A DNA stretch of 64,000 nucleotides. Source: Nemertoderma westbladi (lineage: Eukaryota > Animalia > Xenacoelomorpha). Location of the stretch: positions 26,022 to 90,021 of the forward strand of contig JAUCBJ010006792.1 of assembly GCA_032718475.1 (NCBI GenBank), read 5' to 3'. Every line of letters begins with the position of its first letter. The stretch's first letter is position 1. Under the pieces are notes generated by a model. That model worked only from the letters and a program-made list of their open reading frames with translations. It made no database searches and had not been told where the DNA came from. Of the stretch, positions 27,716 to 39,332 are shown piece by piece. A program made the position numbers and the translations under genes.

Positions 27716-30700
27716 GTGAAGACCTCGTTTTGGAATTTCGAAACCACGCTGGTGCGATGCGCGATATCGTGTTTAGTTAATAAATTGAAAACTCCATCAG
27801 TTCATGTGCAACCAGTAATAAGAAATCGCGATAAATGTAATTAAATAAAAAAATTATTCTAGAAAAATTTTCCTCAAAAAGTATGAAGTCTTGGCATTGG
27901 TGACGCGAAACTAAGCTAGTGAGATTCAGGATATTGCGTTTAATATAAAAATCGAAAACGCTATCGAATTCCGTAAAGGCGTTAATAAAATACTGCAACT
28001 TTTTTGAAATTTGTAAAATTCTAGAACTAGGAAAAATTAATTTTTGAACGGCGCTGTTTGGGGTTTCCAAACATGGATAGGCTGAAAGAGGACATCGAAT
28101 TAAGTTGAAAAATGAAAACCCCATCCAATTTGGACAAAGCGTTCCGGAGTTATAGCGGATCGAAAAAAATTGCCCCCCCCCCCCCCAGTCGCCAAAAATT
28201 TACAGTAATTTAAAATTTTGCAAAAAAAATTTTTTGCGTTATTTTTGATGGCGAATCGATTGGCAGTACTGGCTACAAAAAATTTTTTTTTGAAATTTTT
28301 GGTCAGAAAAAAAACATGGAAAAAGTATATTTTTAAAAAGATTTCATGTCTTTGCCTATGGTCAGAGAATGATCCAACTCTGTAACTTGGCAATCGCTCA
28401 GAGTATCAGTATAAGGCTGAGTAAACATTCCACCTTATAAGCATACAGCCTCCACAGTATTAATGTTGGCATTAATGTAGCCGATACACTGTATACCTAA
28501 TAGTCATTCAGCAGGGGGAAGAGTTATTCAGCTGAGGCGGTAATAGATTGCAAACTAAACCAACCAGTTGGCAGCCTCATCGATTTATACTAAGCCTGTG
28601 TAGAACCACAAACTAAATCAACCAGTTAATATTTGCTTTGACAGGGCCTAAACAAACAGTATGGGTGTACTGAGTACAATAATCTTGGCAACCTCATCGA
28701 TTTATACTAAGCCTTGTGTAGAAATCCAATACATAAGCCATTTTTCATCACGACACCAGCTGTTATTGGTGTTATTTTACCATTGCGCCTATGGCGTTTT
28801 TTCGTTTATGTCTATTTTTCGAGCCCACGGCTCATGGACGAAATAGCGGAACATACCAGGGACCTTAGAATCGCGGTATGTAGCCGCTGTGAAAATTTCA
28901 TCAAAATCGTTAGAGTAGTTTTGGCTGTAGATTAGCCAGCCAGTCAATCAATCAATCAATCAGCCAACAATTCTTACAGTAATGAACCTCTCGGTTCCTA
29001 ACTAGTGACGGGCCTAGCGGCCCGATAAGGAACCGACTTTTTATTTCAAATAATAGAGACAACGAGCTTGGGTCAGTCTGGCACGATTGGGCTCGATTCA
29101 GTTCGACTTGGCTTGATCGGCTCGGTTTGGCTCGATTGGGCTCGACTCGGCTTGATTGGGCTCGACTCGACTCAGCTCGATTCGTCTCAATCGCTTCATT
29201 GGGCTTGACTTAGCTCGGTCCGGCTCGACTCGGCTATTGGTCTCGACTCGGCTCGATTGGGCTCGAATCGGCTCGATTGGGATTGATTGGGCTTGACTCG
29301 GCTCGATTTAGCTCAACTTGGCTCAGTCCGGCTTGACTGGGCTCGGTCCAGTTCAATTGGGCTCGACTAGGCTTGATTAGGCTCGACTCGGCTCTATTGG
29401 GCTCGACTCGATTCGATTAGACTCAACTCGCCTCTGTGCGGCTCGACTTGGCTCGATTGGGCTCGACTCAGCTTGATTGGTCTCGACTCGACTCAGTCCA
29501 GCTCAATTTGGCGTGACACGGCTCGAATCGGCTCGATTGGGCTCGGCTCGGCTCGGTCTGAGTCAACTCAACTCGATTTGGCTCAATCGAGCCCACGGCT
29601 CATGGACGAAATAGCGGAACATACCAGGGACCTTAGAATCGCGGTATCTAGCCGCTGTGAAAATTTCATCAAAATCGTTAGAGTAGTTTTGGCTGTAGAT
29701 CAGTCAGTCAGCCAGCCAGCCAGTCAGTCAGTCAGCCACGAGCAATTCTTACAGTAATGAACCTCTCGGTTCCTAACTAGTGACGGGCCTAGCGGCCCGA
29801 TAAGGAACCGACTTTTTATTTTAAATAAAAGAGACAACGAGAATTAGTATAGAACTAATAATTATGTAAAAATACAATCATATTTCATACAATAATTATT
29901 AATAAATTCGATCTATTATTAGTTGCTCAATTCTAGAACAAAATCGACCTGCAACTAGTGAAGACCTCGTTTTGGAATTTCGAAACCACGCTGGTGCGAT
30001 GCGCGATATCGTGTTTGGTTAATAAATTGAAAACTCCATCAGTTCATCTGCAACCAGTAATAAGAAATCGCGATAAATGTAATTAAATAAAAATTAATCT
30101 AGAAAAATTTTCCTCAAAAAGTATGAAGTCTTGGCATTGGTGACGCGAAACTAGGCTATTGAGATTCAGGATATTGCGTTTAATATAAAAATCGAAAACG
30201 CTATCGAATTCCGTAAAGGCGTTAATAAAATACTGCAACTTGTTTGAAATTTGTAAAATTCTAGAACTAGAAAAAATTAATTTTTGAACGGCGCTGAGAG
30301 GACATCGAATTAAGTTGAAAAATGAAAACCCCATCGAATTTGGACAGAGCGTTCCGGAGTTATAGCGGATCGAAAAAAATTGACCCCCCCCAGTCGCCAA
30401 AAATTTACAGTAATTTAAAATTTTGCAAAAAAAATTTTTTGCGTTATTTTTGATGGCGAATCGATTGGCAGTACTGGCTACAAAAATTTTTTTTTGAAAT
30501 TTTAGGTCAGAAAAAAAAACATGGAAAAAGTATATTTTTAAAAAGATTTCATGTCTTTGCATATGGTCAGAGAATGATCCAACTCTGTAACTTGGCAATC
30601 GCTCAAATCCATTCAGCTGAATGGCACAGTAGAGTAAACTAAAGTAAATTCCCAATACAATGTTCTGAAGGGGAGACTGACAGAGAGTAATCCAACCATA

Positions 30701-30847
30701 AAACACTTTGCAATAATGTTGGCATTAATGTAGCCAAGAAGTGATTTTTATATTTCAAACTATAATGTTAGTCTTAGCCTTACAGAGTATCAGTATAAGG
30801 CTGAGTAAACATTCCACCTTATAAGCATACAGCCTCCACAGTATTAA

Positions 30848-32401
30848 CCCTATTAAACCCGGGGGGGGGGGTCAATATGACCCCTCCCGTGGTTTTTTTA
30901 TTATAATTCTGAAACAAACGCAGTTGGGAATCTGAAATTTTATGACTTTTCCTAAAAATCTATTGTCTTCCTAGTAGTGAAAACCGTTTTCAAAAATATT
31001 GGGTACTTTTCGAGTTATAGCGCCATTTTTTAACCCTACTTTTGGCACTTTTTTTGAGACGTTTTTTGAAAATTACATTTCATTAAATATGAATTGTAAC
31101 ATCTCTATTTTTTATTTACACGGGTTTTTTGGTGTTAGAAATTTGATGGAATTCATATAAATTGATTTAGAAATTTTAAACTTGTTTTTTTCGGTGGGTG
31201 CCAAATTTTGGTGCCAGCACCAAATTTTGAAATAAGTCAATTTTGTAAATTGATCGTTTGAAACTTGTTTTTACGCAATTGGGGTTTTTTGGGTTTCTGG
31301 ATTCGAAGAAATATATACGAGTTGCACCAAGCGTATCAAACTTGTATTTTTCGGTGCTGTGTGCAAATTTTGGTGCTAGCACGAAATTTTGAAAATCCAT
31401 TCAATAGATAAAATTGCTTGTGAGAATTTATTTCTTGCGTTTTAGAGGTTTATGGCTGTTCTGAATTCAATGGAAAATATAATTATCGAACTAGACATCT
31501 CAAACTTGTATTTTTCGGATGTGGGTGCAAAATGTGGTGCTAGCACCAAATTTTGAAAACCATCAAATATATCAATTGATTGTGTCACCTTGTTTCTTGC
31601 GTTATACAGGTTTGTGATGGTTCTGAATTCAATGGAATCAGTAAAAATTTCATAAGAGTTGTCAAACTTGTATTTTTCGCCGGTGGGTGAAAATTGTTGT
31701 GCCAGCACCAAATTTTGGAAAATATGCAAATTGATAAGTAGATAGTATCACCTTGTTTCTTGCGTTATACGGGTTTATGAGGGTCCTGAATCCGATGGAA
31801 TCAATAAAAACTGCACTGGACATCGCAAACTTGTACTTTTTGGTGATGGGTACGAAATTTGGTGCTAGCACCAAAATTTGCAAAATAACGCCGAAAAATA
31901 CAAGTAGCAATGATCTAGCATATTAGAAATGTATTCCATTAGAATCAGCGCCCTCGAAAACCTGAAAATGTGAATTTATAGCATCGTATAAGTGAATTAA
32001 AAATTTTGTGTTCTAACTGAAAAGTGCTGGTTACTTGTTTTTTTCATTTTTTTCCTACGCAGAGAGGACTAAACAGCCATTTATAGTAATCATATCATTT
32101 TTTAATATTTTCCAATGTATTTTACACCCCAGAAAACCTGTATTGAAAAATAATTAGCCGAAAATGTAACTTTCAAATTTGGTGAAAATTGTGCACTACT
32201 TGTAATTTTGGTGCTGCAATATAACCACCCCAGTACATTTTTTCGAAAATTTTTTTCTTCGGTCGGATCCAGACAAGTGATACCTACGTACAAACAAAAA
32301 ATCCGACGTTTTCGTAAATATTTGTAGATTTTAGAGGGGGGGGGTCAATATGACCCCCTCCCGGTATTTGTACAACATTTTATAGCCCGGTACTAATAGG
32401 G
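30848..32401. mobile_element. Non-autonomous piggyBac-type DNA transposon (MITE)
   Basis: TTAA duplication at 30844-30847 and 32402-32405. TIRs CCCTATTA..CCGGG / CCCGG..TAATAGGG. Subterminal palindrome GGGGTCAATATGACCCC at both ends. The empty site CCACAGTATTAATGTTGGC is present in other array units (e.g. ~12630, ~17890, ~28455). No transposase ORF. Confidence 0.9.
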
Positions 32402-35400
32402 TTAATGTTGGCATTAATGTAGCCGATACACTGTATACCTAATAGTCATTCAGCAGGGGGAAGAGTTATTCAGCTGAGGCGGTAATAGATTGCAAACTAA
32501 ACCAACCACCAGTCAATGTTTGCTTTGATAGAGAGTGCAGGGCCTAAACAAATAGTATGGGTGTACTAAGTACAATAATCTTGGCAACCTCATCGATTTA
32601 TACTAAGCCTTGTGTAGAAATGCATTACATAAGCCATTTTTCATCAGGACACCAGCTGTCATGAGTGTTATTTTACCATTGCGCCTATGGCGTTTTTTCG
32701 TTTTTCTCTATTTTTCGAGCCCAGAGGCTATGGACGGAGTAGCCAATCATGCCAGGGACCTTAGAATTGCGGTATCTAGATGCTGTGAAAATTTCATCAA
32801 AATCGTTAGAGAAGATTTGGCTGTAGATCAGTCAGTCAGTCAATCAATCAGTCAGCCACGAGCAATTCTTATTATTACAGTAATGAACCTCTCGGTTCCT
32901 AACTAGTGACGGGCCTAGCGGCCCGATAAGGAACCGACTTTTTATTTCAAATAAAAGAGACAATGAGCTCGGCTCGGTCTGGCACGATTGGGCTCGATTC
33001 AGTTCGACTTGGCTTGATTGGCTCGATTGGGCTCGACTTGACACATCTCGATTCGGCTCAATTGGCTTGATTGGGTTCGACTCGGCTCAGTCCGGCTCGA
33101 CTTGGCTTGAATTGGCTCGACTCGGCTCGACTGGGCTCGAATCGGCTCAATTTGGATTGATTGGGCTTGACTCGGCTCAACTTGGCTCAGTCCGGCTCGA
33201 TTGGGCTCGACTTAGGCTTGATTGGGCTCGAATCAGCTCTATTTGGCTCGACTCGTTTCGATTGGGCTCGACTCGGCTTGATTGGGCTCGACTTGACTTA
33301 GTCCGGCTCAATTTGGCGTGACACGGATCAATTGGGCTTGGCTCGGCTCGGTCTGAGTCGACTCTGCTCGATTCGACTCAATCGGCTCGATTGGGTTCAA
33401 ATCGGCTCGGTCTGTCTTGACTTGGCTCAATTGGGCTCAATCCGCTCGACTCAGCTCGATTTGGTTTGATTTGGGCTTGACTCGGCTCGATTTGGCTCAA
33501 CTTGGCACAGTATGGCTCGATTGGGCTCGACTTGGCTCGGTCTGGCTCAATTGGGCTCGACTAGGATTGATTGGGTTCGACTCGGCTCTATTGGGCTCGA
33601 CTCGACTCGATTGGGCTTGTCTCGGCTCAGTCTGGATCGCTCGGCTTGATTGGGCTCAACTCGGCTCCGTTCGGCTTTACTCGGCTTGTTTGGGCTCGTC
33701 TCGGCTTGATCGCCTCGATTGGTTCCATTCGGCTCGATCGGTATGATTCGGCTCGATTGACACACGCTGCTTGAAGGGTCAAAGCCAAACTCACGTGCTG
33801 CTAGAAGGGATAAAGTCAAACAGTGTGTCTATTATTTGATGCAACTCACGTGCTGCTCGAAGGGCGCAACATCATATATCAAGGGTCAAAGCAAAACTCA
33901 CGTGCTGCTAGAAGGGACAAAGTCAAACATTGTGTCTAATATTTGATTAACTCACGTGCTGCTCGAAGGGCGCAACTACATATATCGAAACAAGCCCCTG
34001 TCTTGTATTTTAATAATAATATAATAATATACACTCCCCAACGGGGTAAATGAAATTCGGTAAAATCATATTATTATTTTATCAATAAAATAGATATAAA
34101 ATAAAAATAAAAATAAATCAATTTGTATTTTAATTATATCAGAAATCGTTGCCATGCATAATGTACTATATTTGGGTCCCATGACCCACCCCATTGAACA
34201 GCTTTGCTTACATCTGATAGAGAGTAATCCCAAATTAACTTCCCTCTACGAAAATTATTTTAATTAAATACATACAACATAGCAGTCAACTCTGCAATCA
34301 ACAGTACACAATAACTAAAATGGCATTCAGCTTACCAGCTATTCGCATTAAGCTAATAGATATTCGATTTCATTGGATTCAGTGAGTGTGTGAGGGCTAT
34401 TGGGAGAGCAATCAGCTTATGATGTAATACATTAGAATACCACGGCTTTTGTTTGCTTACTGTCTGAGTTGTAGAGTGAGGATAATACTTGGCAGAGAAA
34501 GCATTTCCTTGTTAGGTGGCCATTCCTATAGAATAGCATTACTAGGCTATCTCTATCCATTTTTCATGAGTGCCAGCTGGTGTTTTTATCATTGCGCCTA
34601 TGGCGTTTTTTCGTTTATGTCTATTTTTCGAGCCCACGGCTCATGGACGAAATAGCGGAACATACCAGGGACCTTATATTCGCGGTATCTAGATGCTGTG
34701 AAAATTTCATCAAAATCGTTAGAGTAGTTTTGGCTGTAGATCAGTCAGCCAGCCAGCCACGAGCAATTCTTACAGTAATGAACCTCTCGGTTCCTAACTA
34801 GTGACGGGCCTAGCGGCCCGATAAGGAACCGACTTTTTATTTCAAATGGAAGTGGGCTTGATTCAGTTCAACTTGGCTTCATCGGCTTGGGTTGGCTCGA
34901 TTGGGCTTGACTCGGCTTGATTGGGCTTGACTCAACTCAGTCCGGCTCGACTCGACTCAGTCCGGCTCAATTTGGCGTGACACAGCTCGAATTGGCTCGA
35001 TTGGGCTCGGCTCGGCTCGGCTCGGCTCGGCTCGGCTCGGCTCGGCTCGGCTCGGCTCGGCTCGGCTCGGCTCGGCTCGGCTCGGCTCGGCTCGGCTCGG
35101 CTCGGCTCGGCTTGGCCTGACTCAACTCAGCTTGATTCGGCTCGATTGGGTTCGATTCGGCTCGGTCCGGCTCAAATTGGCTCAATTGGGCTCGATTTAG
35201 CTCAATCTGCTTGACTCGGCTCGATTGGGATTGATTCGGTTTGATTTGGCTCAACTTGGCTCAGTCCGGCTCTACTTGGCTCGGTCTGGCTCAATTATTG
35301 GGCTCGACTAGGCTTGATTGGACGCGACTAGGCTCTATTGGGCTCGACTCGATTCGATTGGGCTCGACTCGGCTTAGTCTGGTACAACTCGGCTTGATTG

Positions 35401-38400
35401 GGCTCAACTTGGCTCCGTCCGGCTCGACTCGGCACAATTGGGCTCGACTTGGCTTGATTGGGCTCGACTCGACTCAGTCCAGCTCAATTTGGCGTGACAC
35501 GGCTCGACTCGGCTCGATGAAACTCGGCTCGGCTCGGTCTGACTCGACTCAGCTCGATTCGGCTCAACCGGCTCGATGGGTTCGACTCGGCTCGGTCCGG
35601 CTCGACTTGGCTCAATTGGGCTCGATTCGGCTCAATTGGGCTCTACTCGGCTCGATAGGCCTCGAATCGGCTCGATTGGGATTGATTGGGCTTGACTCGG
35701 CTCGATTTGGCTCAACTTGGCTCAGTCCGGCTCGATTGGGTTCGACTTGGCTCGGTCCGGCTCAATTGGGCTCGACTAGGCTTGATTGGGCTCGACTCGG
35801 CTCTATTGGGCTCGACTCGACTTGATTGGGCTTGACTCGGCTCAGTCTGGCTCAACTCGGCTCCGTTCGGCTCGACTCGGCTTGATCGCCTCGATTGGTT
35901 CTATTCGGCTCGATCAGTATGATTCGGCTCGATTGACACATGCTGTTGGAAGGGTCAGAGCCAAACTCACGTGCTGCTCGAAGGGACAAAGTCAAACAGT
36001 ATGTCTATTATTTGATGTAACTCACGTGCTGCTCGAAGGGCGCAACATCACATATAGAAGGGTCAAAGCAAAACTCACGTGCTGCTCGAAGGGACAAAGT
36101 CAAACAATGTGTCTATTATTTGATGTAACTCACGTGCTGCTCGAAGGGCGCAAATGCATATATCGAAGGATCAAAGCCAAACTCACGTGCTGCTCGAAGG
36201 GACAAAGTCAAACATTGTGTCTATTATTTGATTAACTCACGTGCTGCTCGAAGGGCGCAACTACATATAATCGAAACAAGCCCCTGTCTTGTATTTTAAT
36301 TATATCAGAAATCGTTGCCTTCAGTACAAAATATCTAAAAATTCATTCACCTGAAGTATGGGTGACATTATAAATTCGTTTTTCGCACAGTAGAGTTAAC
36401 TAAAGCTAAATACCCTTCAGGTTGACTGAATGATTTTATTAATGTTTGCCATGCATAATGTACTATATTTGGGTCCCATGACCCACCCCATTGAACAGCT
36501 TTGCTTACATCAGATAGAGAGTAATCCCAAATTAACTTCCCTCTACGAAAATTATTTTAATTACATACATACAACCTAGCAGTCAAGTCTACAGTCAACA
36601 GTTCACAATAACTAAAATGGCATTCAGCTTACCAGCTATTCGCATTAAGCTAATAGATATTCGATTTCATTCGATTCCGTGAGTGTGTGAGGGCTATTGG
36701 GAGAGCAATCAGCTTATGATGTAATACATTAGAAGCCCACAGCTTATGTTTGCTTACCGTCTGAGTTGTAGAGTGAGGATAATACTTGGCACAGAAAGCA
36801 TTTCCTTGTTAGGTGGCCATTCCTATAGAATAGCATTACTAGGCTATCTCTATCCATTTTTCGTGAGTGCCAGCTGGTGTTTTTATCATTGGGCCTATGG
36901 CGTTTTTTCGTTTATGTCTATTTTTCGAGCCCACGGCTCATGGACGAAATAGCGGAACATACCAGGGACCTTAGAATCGCGGTATCTAGCCGCTGTGAAA
37001 ATTTCATCAAAATCGTTAGAGTAGTTTTGGCTGTAGATCAGTCAGTCAGCCAGCCAGCCAGTCAGTCAGTCAGCCACGAGCAATTCTTACAGTAATGAAC
37101 CTCTCGGTTCCTAACTAGTGACGGGCCTAGCGGCCCGATAAGGAACCGACTTTTTATTTTAAATAAAAGAGACAACGAGAATTAGTATAGAACTAATAAT
37201 TATGTAAAAATACAATCATATTTCATACAATAATTATTAATAAATTCGATCTATTATTAGTTGCTCAATTCTAGAACAAAATCGACCTGCAACTAGTGAA
37301 GACCTCGTTTTGGAATTTCGAAACCACGCTGGTGCGATGCGCGATATCGTGTTTAGTTAATAAAGTGAAAAACTCCATCAATTCATGTGCAACCAGTAAT
37401 AAGAAATCGCGATAAATGTAATTTGAATAAAAATCATTCTAGAAAAATTTTCCTCAAAAAGTATGAAGTCTTGGCATTGGTGACGCGAAACTAGGCCAGT
37501 GAGATTCAGGATATTGCGTTTAATATAAAAATCAAAAACGCTATCGAATTCCGTAAAGGCGTTGATAAAATACTGCAACTTTTTTGAAATTTGTAAAATT
37601 CTAGAACTAGAAAAAATTAATTTTTGAATGGCGCTGTTTGGGGTTTCGAAACATGGATAGGCTGAAAGAGGACATCGAATTAAGTTGAAAAATGAAAACC
37701 CCATCGAATTTGGACAAAGCGTTCCGGAGTTATAGCGAATCGAAAAAAATTTACCCCCCCCCAGTCGCCAAAAATTTACAGTAATTAAAAATTTTCCAAA
37801 AAAATTTTTTTGCGTTATTTTTGATGGCGAATCGATTGGCAGTACTGGCTAAGAAAATTTTTTTTTTGAAATTTTTGGTCAGAAAAAAAACATGGAAAAA
37901 GTATATTTTTAAAAGATTGGATGTCTTTGCCTCTGGTCAGAGAATGATCCAACTCTGTAACTTGGCAATCGCTCAGAGTATCAGTATAAGGCTGAGTAAA
38001 CATTCCACCTTAAAGGAAAAAGCCTCCACAGTATTAATGTTGGCATTAATGTAGCCGATACACTGTATACCTAATAGTCATTCAGCAGGGGGAAGAGTTA
38101 ATCAGCTGAGGCGGTAATAGATTGCAAACTAAACCAACCAGTTGGCAGCCTCATCGATTTATACTAAGCCTGTGTAGAACCACAAACTAAATCAACCAGT
38201 TAATATTTGCTTTGACAGAGAGTGCAGGGCCTAAACAAACAGTATGGGTGTACTAAGTACAATATTCTTGGCAACCTCATCGATTTATACTAAGCCTTGT
38301 GTAGAAATGCATTACATAAGCCATTTTTCATCAGGACACCAGCTGTCATGGGTGTTATTTTACCATTGCGCCTATGGCGTTTTTTCGTTTATGTCTATTT

Positions 38401-38574
38401 TTCGAGCCCACGGCTCATGGACGAAATAGCGGAACATACCAGGGACCTTAGAATCGCGGTATCAAGCCGCTGTGAAAATTTCATCAAAATCGTTAGAGTA
38501 GTTTTGGCTGTAGATCAGTCAGCCAGCCAGTCAATCAGCAAACAATTCTTACAGTAATGAACCTCTCGGTTCCT

Positions 38575-39307
38575 AATAACACCCATGACAGCTGGTAGGG
38601 AATTTACTTTAGTTTACTCTACTGTGCCATTCAGCTGAATGGATTTGAGCGATTGCCAAGTACAGAGTTGGATCATTCTCTGACCATAGGCAAAGACATC
38701 AAATCTTTTTAAAAATATACTTTTTCCATGTTTTTTTTTCTGACCAAAAATTTCAAAAAAAAATTTTCGTAGCCAGTACTGCCAATCGATTCGCCATCAA
38801 AAATAACGCAAAAAAATTTTTTTGCAAAATTTTAAATTACTGTAAATTTTTGGCGACTGGGGGGGGTAAATTTTTTTTCGATCCGCTATAACTCCTGAAC
38901 GCTTTGTCCAAATTCGATGGGGTTTTCATTTTTAAACTTAATTCGATGTCCTCTTTCAGCCTATCCATGTTTTGAAACCCCAAACAGCGCCGTTCAAAAA
39001 TTATTTTTTTCTAGTTCTAGAATTTTACAAATTTCAAAAAAGTTTCAGTATTTTATTAACGCCTTTACGGAATTCGATAGCGTTTTCGATTTTTATATTT
39101 ATATTAAACGCAATATCCTGAATCTCACTAGCCTAGTTTCGCGTCACCAATGCCAAGACTTCATACTTTTTGAGGAATATTTTTCTAGAATAATTTTTAA
39201 TTAATTACATTTATAGTGATTTCTTATTTCTGGTTGCACATGAATTGATGGAGTTTTCACTTTATTAACTAAACACGATATCGCGCATCGCACCAGCGTG
39301 GTTTCGA
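38575..39307 (+). repeat. Inverted fragment of the Helentron unit at the right end of the array
   Basis: 38597-39307 is the reverse complement of the ~700-bp module seen at e.g. ~8275-8975. 38575-38596 is the reverse complement of 38338-38359. Confidence 0.9.
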
Positions 39308-39332
39308 ATATCGTCAATATCGACGATATCGT

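Larger units (their letters stand above)
7291..39307 (-). mobile_element. Head-to-tail array of ~20 non-autonomous Helentron/HINE (DINE-1-like rolling-circle) units
   Basis: On the minus strand each unit starts TTAGGAACCGAGAGGTTC (palindromic subTIR), then has a (GACT/GGCT)n microsatellite and a conserved core (plus strand AAATTTCATCAAAATCGTTAGAG). It ends with subTIR TCGGTTCCTTA, hairpin CGGGCCGCTAGGCCCG and TCACTAGT. Junctions at about 8070, 9579, 11060, 13168, 14631, 16716, 18453, 18782, 20298, 22084, 22418, 24893, 25404, 26899, 29001, 29776, 32901, 34797, 37113 and 38576. Confidence 0.8.

Noticed and set aside
7291-38576. CRISPR-like or integron-cassette-like array (conserved palindromic junctions with variable interiors)
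   Set aside because: Eukaryotic TE context, kb-sized units built from shared modules, and no cas or integrase gene. The termini fit the Helentron/HINE structure.
7830-39204. Recurrent short ORFs (LRLWRFFVYVYFSSPRLMDE..., GFSFFNLIRCPLSAYP...)
   Set aside because: Chance frames in non-coding repeat modules, with variable starts, stops and frameshifts between copies and no protein motifs.
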